This document shows, one piece after another, positions 1 to 9,385 of a stretch of 64,000 bases of DNA. Numbering within the stretch: the stretch's first letter is position 1; each line of letters starts with the position of its first letter. The stretch covers positions 207,157-271,156 of the forward strand of contig JBAWZD010000002.1 of assembly GCA_037143195.1 (NCBI GenBank). Reading direction: 5' to 3'. The notes under the pieces are model-generated. The model was not told the DNA's origin. It saw only the letters and a program-made list of their open reading frames with translations, and searched no databases. Source of the DNA: a bacterium. Its GTDB lineage: Bacteria > Patescibacteriota > Minisyncoccia > Phycocordibacterales > UBA9973. The position numbers were made by a program, and so were the translations under genes.

Positions 1-55
1 TGGCAGCAAAACAGCGAGACAGACCGAGAGGCTTATTTCTCAAGGTTGTTTAGAA

Positions 56-373
56 ATGTCGGTTCGAGACCGAGTCGGTTCAAATTTTGCAGAAACCGCA
101 AAATATTTTTTGGTAGCAACATATTTTCTCGAATTTCAAAAGTTTGAGTTCAGGGCGGGTCAATACATATTCTTTGGTAACCAGTGGAAGTGCCTAATAA
201 ATGGGATTTATAGTATAATCATTGAACATATGTCAGTTTCTGAAGAAGAGCAGGATAATCTGAATCTCGAAGAATTGCGTCACGATTTTGATCGTGAATT
301 TGCCGAGTTTATTCAGATACTTACAGAGGAAGAGAAAAAGATTAATAACATTTTAGAAAAGATGCTGCCCTAA
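56..373 (+). CDS. small acidic hypothetical protein; real start probably the internal Met at 230 (MSVSEEEQ...), leaving a 2-nt gap to the next gene
   Basis: ORF track; acidic helical C-terminal half; promoter-like tataat around 213-218 argues against the longer form. Confidence 0.3.
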   Translation: MSVRDRVGSNFAETAKYFLVATYFLEFQKFEFRAGQYIFFGNQWKCLINGIYSIIIEHMSVSEEEQDNLNLEELRHDFDREFAEFIQILTEEEKKINNILEKMLP

Positions 374-374
374 T

Positions 375-1463
375 ATGGAAAATTTCTTTAATTCATCTCC
401 AAGTAAAAAGGAAGAAGCGGGACCGAACGAACAGGAGCCTTTCCGTGATTTTGAACTCCATTCTAGAGAAAATCTCATTGTAGCGGACTCTCTCTTGTCT
501 AAATCCGAATTACTTGAACAAAGAAGTATAAACCTTAATGAGCTTAATCAAAAAGAAAAAGATGAAGTTAAAAGCAGTTTTAGAAAAATTAAGAATGCTG
601 GAAGAAAGCTTAGCAGGATCGTTTTGACCCGTGTGCTACCGGCCTATATGCTCTACTATGGGGGAGTGAATGTTACCGAGAAAAAAGATGGTACTTTCGC
701 AGAGAAAGAACGTGCAAAAACTGAGCTTGCAAAAGATGGTGTTACCTCGGAACAGAAATCTAATTATAAGATTGGGCTTAGCGAGATGGTCTACCGTGGG
801 ATTACCCCACTCATGTATTCGGAGGACGATCCGATGACCTATCTCAAAATTTTTCCGCATATGATAGCGGGACGTGAACACGATAGGATTCCTATGGTAC
901 CCGGGGAACCTGACGTGGAAATGCACTCGCCTTCTTCAGAGGATGCCTGGAGGATGTATCTTGGCCTTGCTCAGAAAAATCATACTTTTGGGATTTCGGA
1001 TTACAAGCCGGAGCATGCGAAAGATGACAAATACTACTACAGAGTAGAGAAATTCCAAGTCGCCTTCAAGCATTTCTTGAGAGAGTACTATGATAACACC
1101 GGCCCAATTACTTTCGATACCCCTGAAGGAGTCAAACTTCTGACGTTCGCGAAGAGGTTGAATGCTGAAGGGGGCTCGAAAGTGATGAATGGGGCGTCAG
1201 GATTCATTGAGTGGAAGCAAGAAGGCAATCTGGTCGATCTTTCGACAGAGCAGGATGTAGGTTATATGCTCGGACATTTTACTATTTCATGTGGTCAAGA
1301 CGAAAAAGGGACATATATTTCATACTATGATCTCTGGGATTTGGCGAGCCCGACGGAGGAGAGCAAGCTAACAGCTATCGGTAGGCCATTCGAGATCTAC
1401 GACCGCTTGTACTATGATTCTCAGACTGGGAAGCTGATTGAGCCCCACTCGGACTCGAACTAA
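375..1463 (+). CDS. hypothetical protein (362 aa), no recognisable domain
   Basis: long ORF, non-repetitive composition, tightly follows the small acidic ORF. Confidence 0.55.
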   Translation: MENFFNSSPSKKEEAGPNEQEPFRDFELHSRENLIVADSLLSKSELLEQRSINLNELNQKEKDEVKSSFRKIKNAGRKLSRIVLTRVLPAYMLYYGGVNVTEKKDGTFAEKERAKTELAKDGVTSEQKSNYKIGLSEMVYRGITPLMYSEDDPMTYLKIFPHMIAGREHDRIPMVPGEPDVEMHSPSSEDAWRMYLGLAQKNHTFGISDYKPEHAKDDKYYYRVEKFQVAFKHFLREYYDNTGPITFDTPEGVKLLTFAKRLNAEGGSKVMNGASGFIEWKQEGNLVDLSTEQDVGYMLGHFTISCGQDEKGTYISYYDLWDLASPTEESKLTAIGRPFEIYDRLYYDSQTGKLIEPHSDSN

Positions 1464-1562
1464 GAATTTTAGAGAAATTAAAAACTAAAATCTATATATG
1501 ACAAGACATTTTTAGAAAAAGTTCGAGTCGCAATGCGGCAGCAACTTAGTTTTAAAATGAAA

Positions 1563-1593
1563 AGAACTTACGAATGTTCTTTTCGTAAGTTCT
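1563..1593. terminator. hairpin (11-bp stem gaacttacgaa/ttcgtaagttc) between convergent genes, T-rich on both sides
   Basis: inverted repeat read directly. Confidence 0.5.
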
Positions 1594-1645
1594 GTAACTT
1601 TGTTTTTCTAAATTGAAATAATGAGATACCCCACCACTTTACAAC

Positions 1646-2128
1646 TTAGTAGAAATCAGGAGGGAAAAGAACTCCCATCCTAACAGGAATGATGGAGTCA
1701 TACTCACTGTCAATCTCTGAATTATCTACCAACTGCACATTGGTTACGAGTATTTTATCAATGACCCCTTTCATCGTTTCGGAGGTGAACACTGGAAGGT
1801 GTCCTTTGAGTAAGAAGTTGTATTCATTCCTCTCAATGTCACTGACCAAGGTCTCAATTTTTGGCGCTGTCTGGGTCACGATTTCAATAATTCCGTTCAA
1901 TGTAACGGGAATTTTTTTGTCATCACCTTTAACAATGTAAATTCCGTTTCCAGAAAAAAAGAATGTGTACTTTCTCATAATAAGTCTGTTTGTGCCTACT
2001 CTAAAACGGTTTTCGGCTACCCCTTTTGTTAACCCAACCCAGTACCGCGTACCGAACTCGGTTAACAAAAGGGCAGACACTATTTTGCTTGAAAAAGCAC
2101 GTATCCTACCTTCTATATAGTATAGCAT
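1646..2128 (-). CDS. hypothetical protein; alternative in-frame ATG at 1978 is more compatible with the predicted promoter at 2119-2147
   Basis: ORF track; the -10 of the upstream promoter module would lie inside the long form. Confidence 0.45.
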   Translation of the reverse strand: MLYYIEGRIRAFSSKIVSALLLTEFGTRYWVGLTKGVAENRFRVGTNRLIMRKYTFFFSGNGIYIVKGDDKKIPVTLNGIIEIVTQTAPKIETLVSDIERNEYNFLLKGHLPVFTSETMKGVIDKILVTNVQLVDNSEIDSEYDSIIPVRMGVLFPPDFY

Positions 2129-2225
2129 ATAATATATCTATATGTCAATAGTAGAAATACCTTTAATTCAAAGGGTCTTTTGATCAAAAAACGTTCCAAC
2201 ATCGTCCCAGACGGCCAGCTAGCTT
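2116..2225. repeat. conserved intergenic module copy 1: minus-strand ttgaca-N17-tatact promoter plus conserved flank ...aaaaaacgttccaacatcgtcccagacggccagctagc
   Basis: near-identical blocks at 5669-5769 and 6661-6760. Confidence 0.6.
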
Positions 2226-2267
2226 GAGATAGGTTCGGAGTTCGAGGTACTTCGGACCTTCTTGTGA

Positions 2268-2840
2268 ATGCGTGATATAATAAATATTATGGAATTTAAT
2301 CCCCTTGAGTACCCAAAACCAGATTTAGCTTCTTCGCAGAAGGAAAATTCTGTTCCAGAGAATTGGCGGGAAGTGCTTGAAGATAAGATGTTTTATGCTC
2401 ATGAGAATGCGGTTCCCTTGGTGATATTACAAAAACCGGAAGATCAGCTCACAGAGGCGGAGAAAAAGCTCTGGGAAAAAGCCTCTATTCGCGTTAAGAC
2501 CCTAGCTGAATACCAGGCCTTGCAGGCAATGCTTCTCCGCAAACAGGAGCATATCGATGACGATATCGCTCACGAAAACGCTCATGCGAACAAAGCTGAG
2601 TCGCTCGGAATGAATTTCCATGGATATAAAGTCATAGTCGGTTATCGACGCAATGGACTTAGTAAGGAATATTTCTATCTTAATTCCGTCGAAATTTCTA
2701 CACCGAATGAATGGTCAGCTGAAAACGACGCCGATGCTTTTAAGCAGGTACTCTTAGCTCCAGACGAAAATGGTGCCAGTGTCTCTTCGGGCTTGGATCA
2801 CAAAATGCTGGATAAGTTGAATCGTGGGGAGTCGCTATAA
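2268..2840 (+). CDS. hypothetical protein with an HExxH motif (IAHENAH), possible zinc metallopeptidase-like
   Basis: ORF; HENAH motif seen in translation. Confidence 0.5.
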   Translation: MRDIINIMEFNPLEYPKPDLASSQKENSVPENWREVLEDKMFYAHENAVPLVILQKPEDQLTEAEKKLWEKASIRVKTLAEYQALQAMLLRKQEHIDDDIAHENAHANKAESLGMNFHGYKVIVGYRRNGLSKEYFYLNSVEISTPNEWSAENDADAFKQVLLAPDENGASVSSGLDHKMLDKLNRGESL

Positions 2841-3176
2841 AAGTGAGTGTCCGAAGTGTGTGAAAAAACTTAAGAAAAAGACAATTGAAAAAGCTTGTGA
2901 GGTAAGGTATGGAAGTATCCGAGACCAAGTTGGTCAGCAATTTAGTTTTTGGCACCAAGTGACCATCAATCCTTGTTGCAAAACAAAAGCTCGTTTGGAA
3001 AAATGCATTTAGTTTAGAACTTTTACCTAGACGGGTCAAAAGTGCTTTTTGTATATTTCTCGACGTGGAATTGGTTCGAGAACAGGAGGGTTTTTGTAAA
3101 TAGTAAATAAAAAACCCACCGCATTACCGATAGGTTTTTTACGATGGGTTTAAAAATTTCGCACAAAATAAATAAT

Positions 3177-3890
3177 TTACACTTCCACTAATTCTTTCTC
3201 CAAAACCATGTCCGGCAAAGCGCAGAAAATGTAGTCGGTTCTGGAAGGGTTAGTGTGGGGGTACGGCTGATCTTTCTTTTCCCCAATCACCGTCCAAGGC
3301 TCTCCCTTAACATTGAATTTTCCGCTTCTTAGTTCGCTGATTCCAACACCATCAGGCATCTCCGTGCCGTCAAAGTCATTCTGCGGCACCCGGTACGTCA
3401 CATACATGGAATCAACGCCTTCAGACTTCAGCGATTCGCGCAAAATGTAATACAGGTCGTGCCCGAGCTTGTCTATTAATTTTTTAGGCACTTTCACGGG
3501 AACATCGCTCAGCATGTCAGGATAGATACTGAAAAAAAGCTTGCCTCTTTTACTTGCCGGGTCCATAGAAAGCATTGCCAGCATAAGATAGTCGGGGGCA
3601 ATATCTACTATCCGGGAGTAATCCTTGTACTTTTTTGTCACGTCTTCAGGGTCAGTGAAGTACACCGCGTCATTGAGAATACGGACATCCTCACTTATCG
3701 CGGGAACAAACAGTTGCATTGCTTCAAACAAGGAAAGCTTGTAGTAGCCTCCCGGGGTGCCGCATTTTTCCAGTTTTAATTGCGGGTTATCCGCAATGAA
3801 TTCCTCGCCCGCAGGCGTCAACTTGAACCAGACATTCTGGTGGATTGTTATTTTGAACATAGAATTGGTTTTTTTAAAAATTTTGCTCAT
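3177..3890 (-). CDS. hypothetical protein; start placed at ATG 3890 (MSKIFKK), upstream part of the track ORF looks non-coding
   Basis: ORF track 3177..4019 trimmed to in-frame ATG. Confidence 0.5.
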   Translation of the reverse strand: MSKIFKKTNSMFKITIHQNVWFKLTPAGEEFIADNPQLKLEKCGTPGGYYKLSLFEAMQLFVPAISEDVRILNDAVYFTDPEDVTKKYKDYSRIVDIAPDYLMLAMLSMDPASKRGKLFFSIYPDMLSDVPVKVPKKLIDKLGHDLYYILRESLKSEGVDSMYVTYRVPQNDFDGTEMPDGVGISELRSGKFNVKGEPWTVIGEKKDQPYPHTNPSRTDYIFCALPDMVLEKELVEV

Positions 3891-4126
3891 ACTGACAATA
3901 AAATAGGGATATGTCAAACAATTATATGTTGAGAAACCCTCTGAGATTAGAACCAAACAAGAAAACCATATTCTAAAGGATAGGATAGACAGTGACATTC
4001 CGAGACCACCAGCCAACATGAGCGACCAGAGGGAGGCATCGTTGTGCTTAGGTTACTTGTCTTTTTATAAAAATATGTTATAGTTATATCCATAAAACAT
4101 TTCTTTTCATAATTAAAAACAGAAAA

Positions 4127-4861
4127 ATGGGCAAGTTGAAAACTCTAGTATCCGAAGCATTGAATCCCCGCCAGTATGATCATCCAGACATGGCCTGGGA
4201 TAATGAAAGCGCTCCAACATCAGCGCACGTTGCATTCTTTTGGGAGCATTTGTCCCCGCACATACAGTCATGGAAAGGAAAGACTGTATTTGAGATAGGG
4301 TCGGGCACAGGCTGGCTTCTTGACCGTTTGCCCCAGTACGGCGTAGCCAATGCGATGGGATGTGAGCCGTCAAAGAAAAACTGTGAAGAAGCCAAGCGTT
4401 TGTATCCTACCGTCGTCTTGGCGCAAAAAACCTTCGAGTCGTGGAAGGTTCGTGACGGGAAGTTTGACCGCATTTTGGCTGTGATGTCGTTTCATCACAT
4501 ACGGGACTTGTTCCACGCTTTTTACAAAATCAAGACGATGCTTGAGAGAGGTGGTGAAGCTGTAATTGTGGTTCCTGATTACGACTATTCCAGGCAGGAA
4601 AGACACGGGTACGTCATCAATGTATGCGACATAGATGAGCGATCCTACGTTGTTGAAGTTACGCGGGAAACGGGCACTATCGCAGACTATGTTGCGAAGA
4701 CAGAGTTGTATGCCGAAACTGCGAAAGATGCAGGCCTTCAGCTTCTGGAAGATTTTTCTATGATGCCCACTGAAAGGCAGATAGAACTGCGGCCTACCTA
4801 TGAGCAATTCAGGAATGTTCCGATTACTCGGCTGCTCAGGTTCGGCTTAATCGAGAAGTAG
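4127..4861 (+). CDS. class I SAM-dependent methyltransferase
   Basis: motif I FEIGSGTGWLLDRL in translation. Confidence 0.7.
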   Translation: MGKLKTLVSEALNPRQYDHPDMAWDNESAPTSAHVAFFWEHLSPHIQSWKGKTVFEIGSGTGWLLDRLPQYGVANAMGCEPSKKNCEEAKRLYPTVVLAQKTFESWKVRDGKFDRILAVMSFHHIRDLFHAFYKIKTMLERGGEAVIVVPDYDYSRQERHGYVINVCDIDERSYVVEVTRETGTIADYVAKTELYAETAKDAGLQLLEDFSMMPTERQIELRPTYEQFRNVPITRLLRFGLIEK

Positions 4862-4920
4862 GGGAAAAGAATGCGGGTAGACAAAAGATTTTATTACAGA
4901 GTTGCTTTTGTCACATTACA

Positions 4921-4954
4921 AAAGGGCTGATTACGTAAAAGTAATCAGCCCTTT
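4921..4954 (+). terminator. intrinsic terminator (14-bp stem aaagggctgattac/gtaatcagcccttt, then T-rich)
   Basis: perfect inverted repeat downstream of the methyltransferase. Confidence 0.6.
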
Positions 4955-5068
4955 GCTAGTTCTTTTCAGGCTTGTATATTTTTCCGCTCGATACTAAAGT
5001 TCAAACAAATCCACCTATGGAGATTAAGATTCCAACATAGTCCCATACGCTCAGCCCGTAAAAATAAA

Positions 5069-5117
5069 AATCGCCAACTCTGACTTAGCAATTTTTATTG
5101 CTAGGGAGTTGGCGATT
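5069..5117 (-). terminator. hairpin with nested stem, T-rich on minus strand; terminator of the lipoprotein gene
   Basis: aatcgccaactc...gagttggcgatt inverted repeat. Confidence 0.5.
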
Positions 5118-5130
5118 TGGAATGATTCTC

Positions 5131-5556
5131 TTAAACTTTTTTCTTGTAGACATACACGTCTACAAAGTAGGTTATTTTACCTGGATTTGAAGACGGGAGG
5201 GTCCCGTCTTCATTGCCGCACGTGAGAAAGTACCCGTGCGGCGGGTTGAAAATAACATTTTTCACCGACTTTTTTCCTAATGGATATGGCATTGGCCATA
5301 TCGTGCTGTCTATGATATAGCCAGATATCCTGAAGCTATCTGCCTGGGCGACAGCGATAGCTACATCAACGGGAAACTCTCTTTCGAGGAGATAATAACT
5401 CCCCGTCTTAACCCAGTCGGTGGAGTCGGTTGTTAGATTATAACCACCGAATCTCTGCAGATCTTGCAGGTTTTCAGTTGGTTCCGGGGATGCTTGTTTT
5501 GTGCAACCCATGGCAATAAAGGCGGCAAGTAAGCCGTAAGAGATAGTTCTTTTCAT
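5131..5556 (-). CDS. putative lipoprotein (signal peptide with lipobox AMGC)
   Basis: MKRTISYGLLAAFIAMGC N-terminus; start trimmed to ATG 5556. Confidence 0.55.
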   Translation of the reverse strand: MKRTISYGLLAAFIAMGCTKQASPEPTENLQDLQRFGGYNLTTDSTDWVKTGSYYLLEREFPVDVAIAVAQADSFRISGYIIDSTIWPMPYPLGKKSVKNVIFNPPHGYFLTCGNEDGTLPSSNPGKITYFVDVYVYKKKV

Positions 5557-5668
5557 ACTTAGTTTGTTGTTTAAATGTGAGATGTTGTTTAAATCCCGCA
5601 AGAGCCAATGAAGCTCCTCTGGGATTTAAACAATACCAACAACAAATCATTTTCAAGGGCCTGATTTT

Positions 5669-5769
5669 TATATATTATACTCCTTACATCGATTATTGTC
5701 AATAGCTCGGGGTCGCACGTAAAGTTCAGAAAAGAATGTTTCAACATCGTCCTAGACGGTCAGCTAGCG
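5669..5769. repeat. conserved intergenic module copy 2: minus-strand ttgaca-N17-tataat promoter plus conserved flank; followed at 5778-5813 by a 15-bp-stem palindrome ctaaaacagaaattg/caatttctgttttag
   Basis: sequence identity to copies 1 and 3. Confidence 0.6.
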
Positions 5770-5849
5770 TTTTTAGCCTAAAACAGAAATTGCTAAAACA
5801 ATTTCTGTTTTAGCAATTTGAATAAATTTAATTTGGTTACTTTTTCGTG

Positions 5850-6539
5850 TTATAAGAATAACTTACACATAGCGATGGTAACCGATGAAATGCAGACGAT
5901 GTTTATCCCTAGATTGTAAATCTGTGACGACAGACTTTTGCTCTTGATTCTAAAAATCAGGACGTACAAATTTCCAGCAATGAAGGGAATCAGCAACGGG
6001 TGTCCTTTGTGAAGTATCACAATTGCTGCAATCATTATACAGAATGCCGCGATTATAATTAGCCTCACCGTTAGGATTGTATTAAATAAGCTTGTGTGTA
6101 AAGAATCGCTTATTTTCCTTCGGCTCAGTTCCCACCACAGATACGGCCCGGTAATACTGATCATCCCCAATAAGGTGTATCCGGCATACCAGCCGGTGTC
6201 GGTGTGGATGTCTCCCCACCATGTTGTCTTGATCACTTCTTCCCATAAATAACGGGTAGAGTCGAGATACACGTATCGTGCAACTCCCATTCGGCCTGAG
6301 TACATTGTTGCATCAATTGTTGGCAATATGGCCGTAGCGAGCCAGCAAAGTGGTGCCATCAGCATCAGGGTCAGCAGTGTATTTTTTATCGTCGGATATT
6401 TCCATATCCAGTCAATTACACGCTTTTTCTTTCCCAGGGTTTCTGGGTCATTATTCAAGAGGGTGCACCCATACGCGTAGGCGATGCATGCCTGTGTCAT
6501 TACGATCGCAACCAGTGCGATAAAAATTGTCTGATTCAT
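5850..6539 (-). CDS. polytopic membrane protein, function unknown (track ORF starts at TTG 6623; ATG 6539 chosen)
   Basis: multiple hydrophobic segments. Confidence 0.5.
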   Translation of the reverse strand: MNQTIFIALVAIVMTQACIAYAYGCTLLNNDPETLGKKKRVIDWIWKYPTIKNTLLTLMLMAPLCWLATAILPTIDATMYSGRMGVARYVYLDSTRYLWEEVIKTTWWGDIHTDTGWYAGYTLLGMISITGPYLWWELSRRKISDSLHTSLFNTILTVRLIIIAAFCIMIAAIVILHKGHPLLIPFIAGNLYVLIFRIKSKSLSSQIYNLGINIVCISSVTIAMCKLFL

Positions 6540-6660
6540 ATTTGTCGTTTTTGTTTTGTGGCGTAAAGCCGGTTTGAGTTGGTTGCCCCAAGGGCCATAA
6601 AGCCTCTCGGGCAACCAATTCAAACCAAAACGACGTTAATTTCAAAGACTATTAATTTGT

Positions 6661-6760
6661 ATTATATCATATAATATGTCTATATGTCAATAGCTGAAAT
6701 ACCCCTTAAGATATAGCTTTTTAAGCAAAAAAAGTTCCAACATTGTCTTACTGTGGCAGA
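6661..6760. repeat. conserved intergenic module copy 3: minus-strand ttgaca-N18-tataat promoter (-35 6685-6690, -10 6661-6666) plus conserved flank
   Basis: sequence identity to copies 1 and 2. Confidence 0.6.
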
Positions 6761-6908
6761 AAAGCCGATGAATATGTGTGGCGAGATTATGGTTGCCACG
6801 GTAAAAGACCCGTGGAAAAATCTGATTGGCCTCATCTATCCCGTTTGACGAAATGGGAGGTTGCCGTTACTATTGTGCCATGACATATAATCCGATATAC
6901 ATTTTTGT

Positions 6909-8030
6909 ATGATAAACACTATTGGCATTATCGGTGGAGGCCAGCTTGGCAGAATGCTTACAGATGCGGCTCATCGTCTCGGTTTTAAAGTACTTATTCT
7001 TGATCCTGAGCCCAATTCTCCTGCCGGACAAGTCGCAGATGGACAAGTCGTAGGAGATTATAAAGACGAAAAAACAATTCTTGAGTTTTCAAAATCAGTT
7101 GACGTTATTACCTACGATATTGAAGGAGTGAGTGATCACGCTTTAGAATTACTTGAGCAGAGTGGATTTCAGGTTCATCCAACATCGAAAACACTTTCGA
7201 TTATTCGAGATAAGTTCACACAAAAAAAACTTCTGAATTCGGTCGGCATCCCCGTTGCAGATTTTATGGAAGTATCGACACCAGCTGATGCAGAGAGAGC
7301 AGGTGAGACATTCGGCTACCCATATATCCTCAAGGCTCGTACGGGAGGATTTGATGGAAGAGGTAATGCGAAAATACATTCACCGAGCGATATTGAACCT
7401 ATGTTTAGGGTGCTTGGCACAAATCTCTGCGCAGAAAAATTTATTCCTTTTGACAGGGAACTTGCAATTGTTGCGGCGAGAACGGTGCAAGGGGAGATTG
7501 CCGTTTTTCCTCTCGTGGAGACTGTCCACGAAGATCATATTTGTAAAATGACATTCACTCCGGCAAACGCGACGAATACTATTCGTGAAAAGGCGTCGTT
7601 GATTGCACAAAAAGTACTTGCTGCTTTTCTAGGTGCGGGTGTTTTTGCAATAGAATTGTTTTTGGTGGGGGATGATCTTCTTGTGAATGAGATTGCTCCT
7701 CGGGTGCACAACAGCGGACATTTTTCTATCGAGGCGTGTGTGACATCACAGTTTGAGCAGCACATACGAGCCATAACGGGGATGCCACTTGGTCCATCAG
7801 AAATGAAAGTTCCGTGTGCTGTCATGGTGAATATCCTTGGTACGCGTGATGGGATTTCGGAACCACGTGGCGTCGAAGAGGCGGAAAAAATTCCTGGTGT
7901 AACGGTGCATATCTATGGTAAATTACAGGTACAAAAAAAGCGAAAAATGGGACATATCACGGCAGTAGCAAGTACGAGAGAAGAAGCACAGCGGAACACA
8001 GAGAAAGCATTAGCGGCTATTACACTATGA
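6909..8030 (+). CDS. purK: N5-carboxyaminoimidazole ribonucleotide synthase (ATP-grasp)
   Basis: IGIIGGGQLGRM N-terminus, ATP-grasp layout, 4-bp overlap with purE. Confidence 0.9.
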   Translation: MINTIGIIGGGQLGRMLTDAAHRLGFKVLILDPEPNSPAGQVADGQVVGDYKDEKTILEFSKSVDVITYDIEGVSDHALELLEQSGFQVHPTSKTLSIIRDKFTQKKLLNSVGIPVADFMEVSTPADAERAGETFGYPYILKARTGGFDGRGNAKIHSPSDIEPMFRVLGTNLCAEKFIPFDRELAIVAARTVQGEIAVFPLVETVHEDHICKMTFTPANATNTIREKASLIAQKVLAAFLGAGVFAIELFLVGDDLLVNEIAPRVHNSGHFSIEACVTSQFEQHIRAITGMPLGPSEMKVPCAVMVNILGTRDGISEPRGVEEAEKIPGVTVHIYGKLQVQKKRKMGHITAVASTREEAQRNTEKALAAITL

Positions 8031-8485
8031 GTAAAAGCAATCCAATCGTTGGAATTATTATGGGATCAGATTCAGACCTGCCAGTCATGAGTGGGGCAGT
8101 TGCAGTGCTCGAACAATTTGGCATCGAATACGAAGTATTAATCGTATCCGCCCATCGAACACCTGACTACATGTTTACGTATTCCAAAACTGCTTCGGAA
8201 AGAGGATTACAGATAATCATCGCTGGTGCTGGAGGCTCGGCTCACTTGCCTGGCATGTGCGCTTCGCTCACGTCTCTTCCTGTCATCGGTGTTCCTGTTC
8301 AGTCAAAAAATATGGACGGAATTGATTCTCTTCTTTCAATAGTCCAAATGCCACCTGGAGTCCCTGTTGCGACTGTCGGTATTGGTGATGCACAGAGTGC
8401 GGGGATTCTCGCAGTTGAAATGCTCGCACTCTCACGCGACGCGCTTACGACACAACTGAAACAGTATAAAAAATTACCCAATTAG
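8027..8485 (+). CDS. purE: N5-CAIR mutase
   Basis: IVGIIMGSDSDLPVM ... AGGSAHLPGM signature. Confidence 0.9.
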   Translation: MSKSNPIVGIIMGSDSDLPVMSGAVAVLEQFGIEYEVLIVSAHRTPDYMFTYSKTASERGLQIIIAGAGGSAHLPGMCASLTSLPVIGVPVQSKNMDGIDSLLSIVQMPPGVPVATVGIGDAQSAGILAVEMLALSRDALTTQLKQYKKLPN

Positions 8486-9327
8486 GGGTTGCATCTCTCG
8501 CACAAGGCAGGCTCTTCAAAAATCTTGTCTTCGCGGGGGACTTCTTTTTCAAGAGCACATTTTTGACATTTTTTAATATATGCACGTGGAGATTCCGTTT
8601 CTTGTTTACAATGGCGACAAAGGAGCCGCCCCTTTGTACCGACAACCACGAAGCCAGGCGTACCGCAGTCGGGACATTCTGATTGAATATTTTTCACAAG
8701 ATCTTCCGTTGCGTTTTGAATATTTTGCATGCGTGTAGGATTCATATGCGCGCGCATGTCTGTCTCAAGGTAGACTTTTTTCGCAAAGAAACCTCGGAGG
8801 AGCGTGTGCACTCTCTGTTCAAGCTCTTCTTGTGTTCGGATTCCTTTATAGAGGGGACGATTACTTTTTTCAGATTTTCGAACGATGAGACCATGCTCCG
8901 GAAATCCGATTTGTTTCGCGAAGGCCCTCGCTTCATCAATGCTCTTCACATATCGGCCAGAAATATTTGTATCCGAAGATCGGGAATGTCCTCGTATCTC
9001 TAGATTGTTTTTCTCATCAACGAGCAAGATAAGTTCAAGATTGGATGGAACAAATGGTATGTTTGGGTCTGATCCAAAGCTACCTTCGCTTGCGATGCCG
9101 AGGTCTGCTCCCATAGTCTTCATGGCTGTTTTGACTTTCAGTCGAGCTGCCTCGAGCTGAGTACCAGTCCTTTTCTTGTCTCGAGTAAATGTGCCAAATT
9201 GGTCGCTATTGAAGTCTTTCGGGACAATCACTTTTACGCCCAACTGCTTTTCAAGGATTGGTGCAATCACTTTTTCTTTTCCATGCATGGTCGCAAGCAC
9301 CAAGATCCTACCAGTAAACATGTCCAT
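8482..9327 (-). CDS. uncharacterised protein with two C-terminal CxxC-x15/17-CxxC zinc ribbons (track ORF extends to 9417; ATG at 9327 MDMFTGR chosen)
   Basis: ORF; two Cys4 ribbons read in translation. Confidence 0.55.
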   Translation of the reverse strand: MDMFTGRILVLATMHGKEKVIAPILEKQLGVKVIVPKDFNSDQFGTFTRDKKRTGTQLEAARLKVKTAMKTMGADLGIASEGSFGSDPNIPFVPSNLELILLVDEKNNLEIRGHSRSSDTNISGRYVKSIDEARAFAKQIGFPEHGLIVRKSEKSNRPLYKGIRTQEELEQRVHTLLRGFFAKKVYLETDMRAHMNPTRMQNIQNATEDLVKNIQSECPDCGTPGFVVVGTKGRLLCRHCKQETESPRAYIKKCQKCALEKEVPREDKIFEEPALCERCNP

Positions 9328-9385
9328 AGACGCATTGTAGTAAAACACACACAAAAGCTCAATGGTGCTGACGGTCAGTATGTAA

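Noticed and set aside
636-926. Antisense ORF inside gene 375..1463, and many similar track ORFs (7149..7379, 7380..7610, 7535..7825, 8742..8939, 16303..16653, 17694..18011, 25496..25720, 27160..27429, 31174..31392, 34978..35666, 35609..35956, 42290..42850, 45614..46048, 48160..48501, 49251..49640, 59808..60305, 60484..60951, 62458..62787 and others)
   Set aside because: They are embedded in or antisense to longer ORFs with recognisable domains and consistent codon usage, and have low-complexity or Cys/Arg-rich spurious composition.
6760-6908. Purine/ZTP riboswitch upstream of purK
   Set aside because: Only a short hairpin (ccacgg...ccgtgg); none of the conserved purine or ZTP riboswitch blocks are present.
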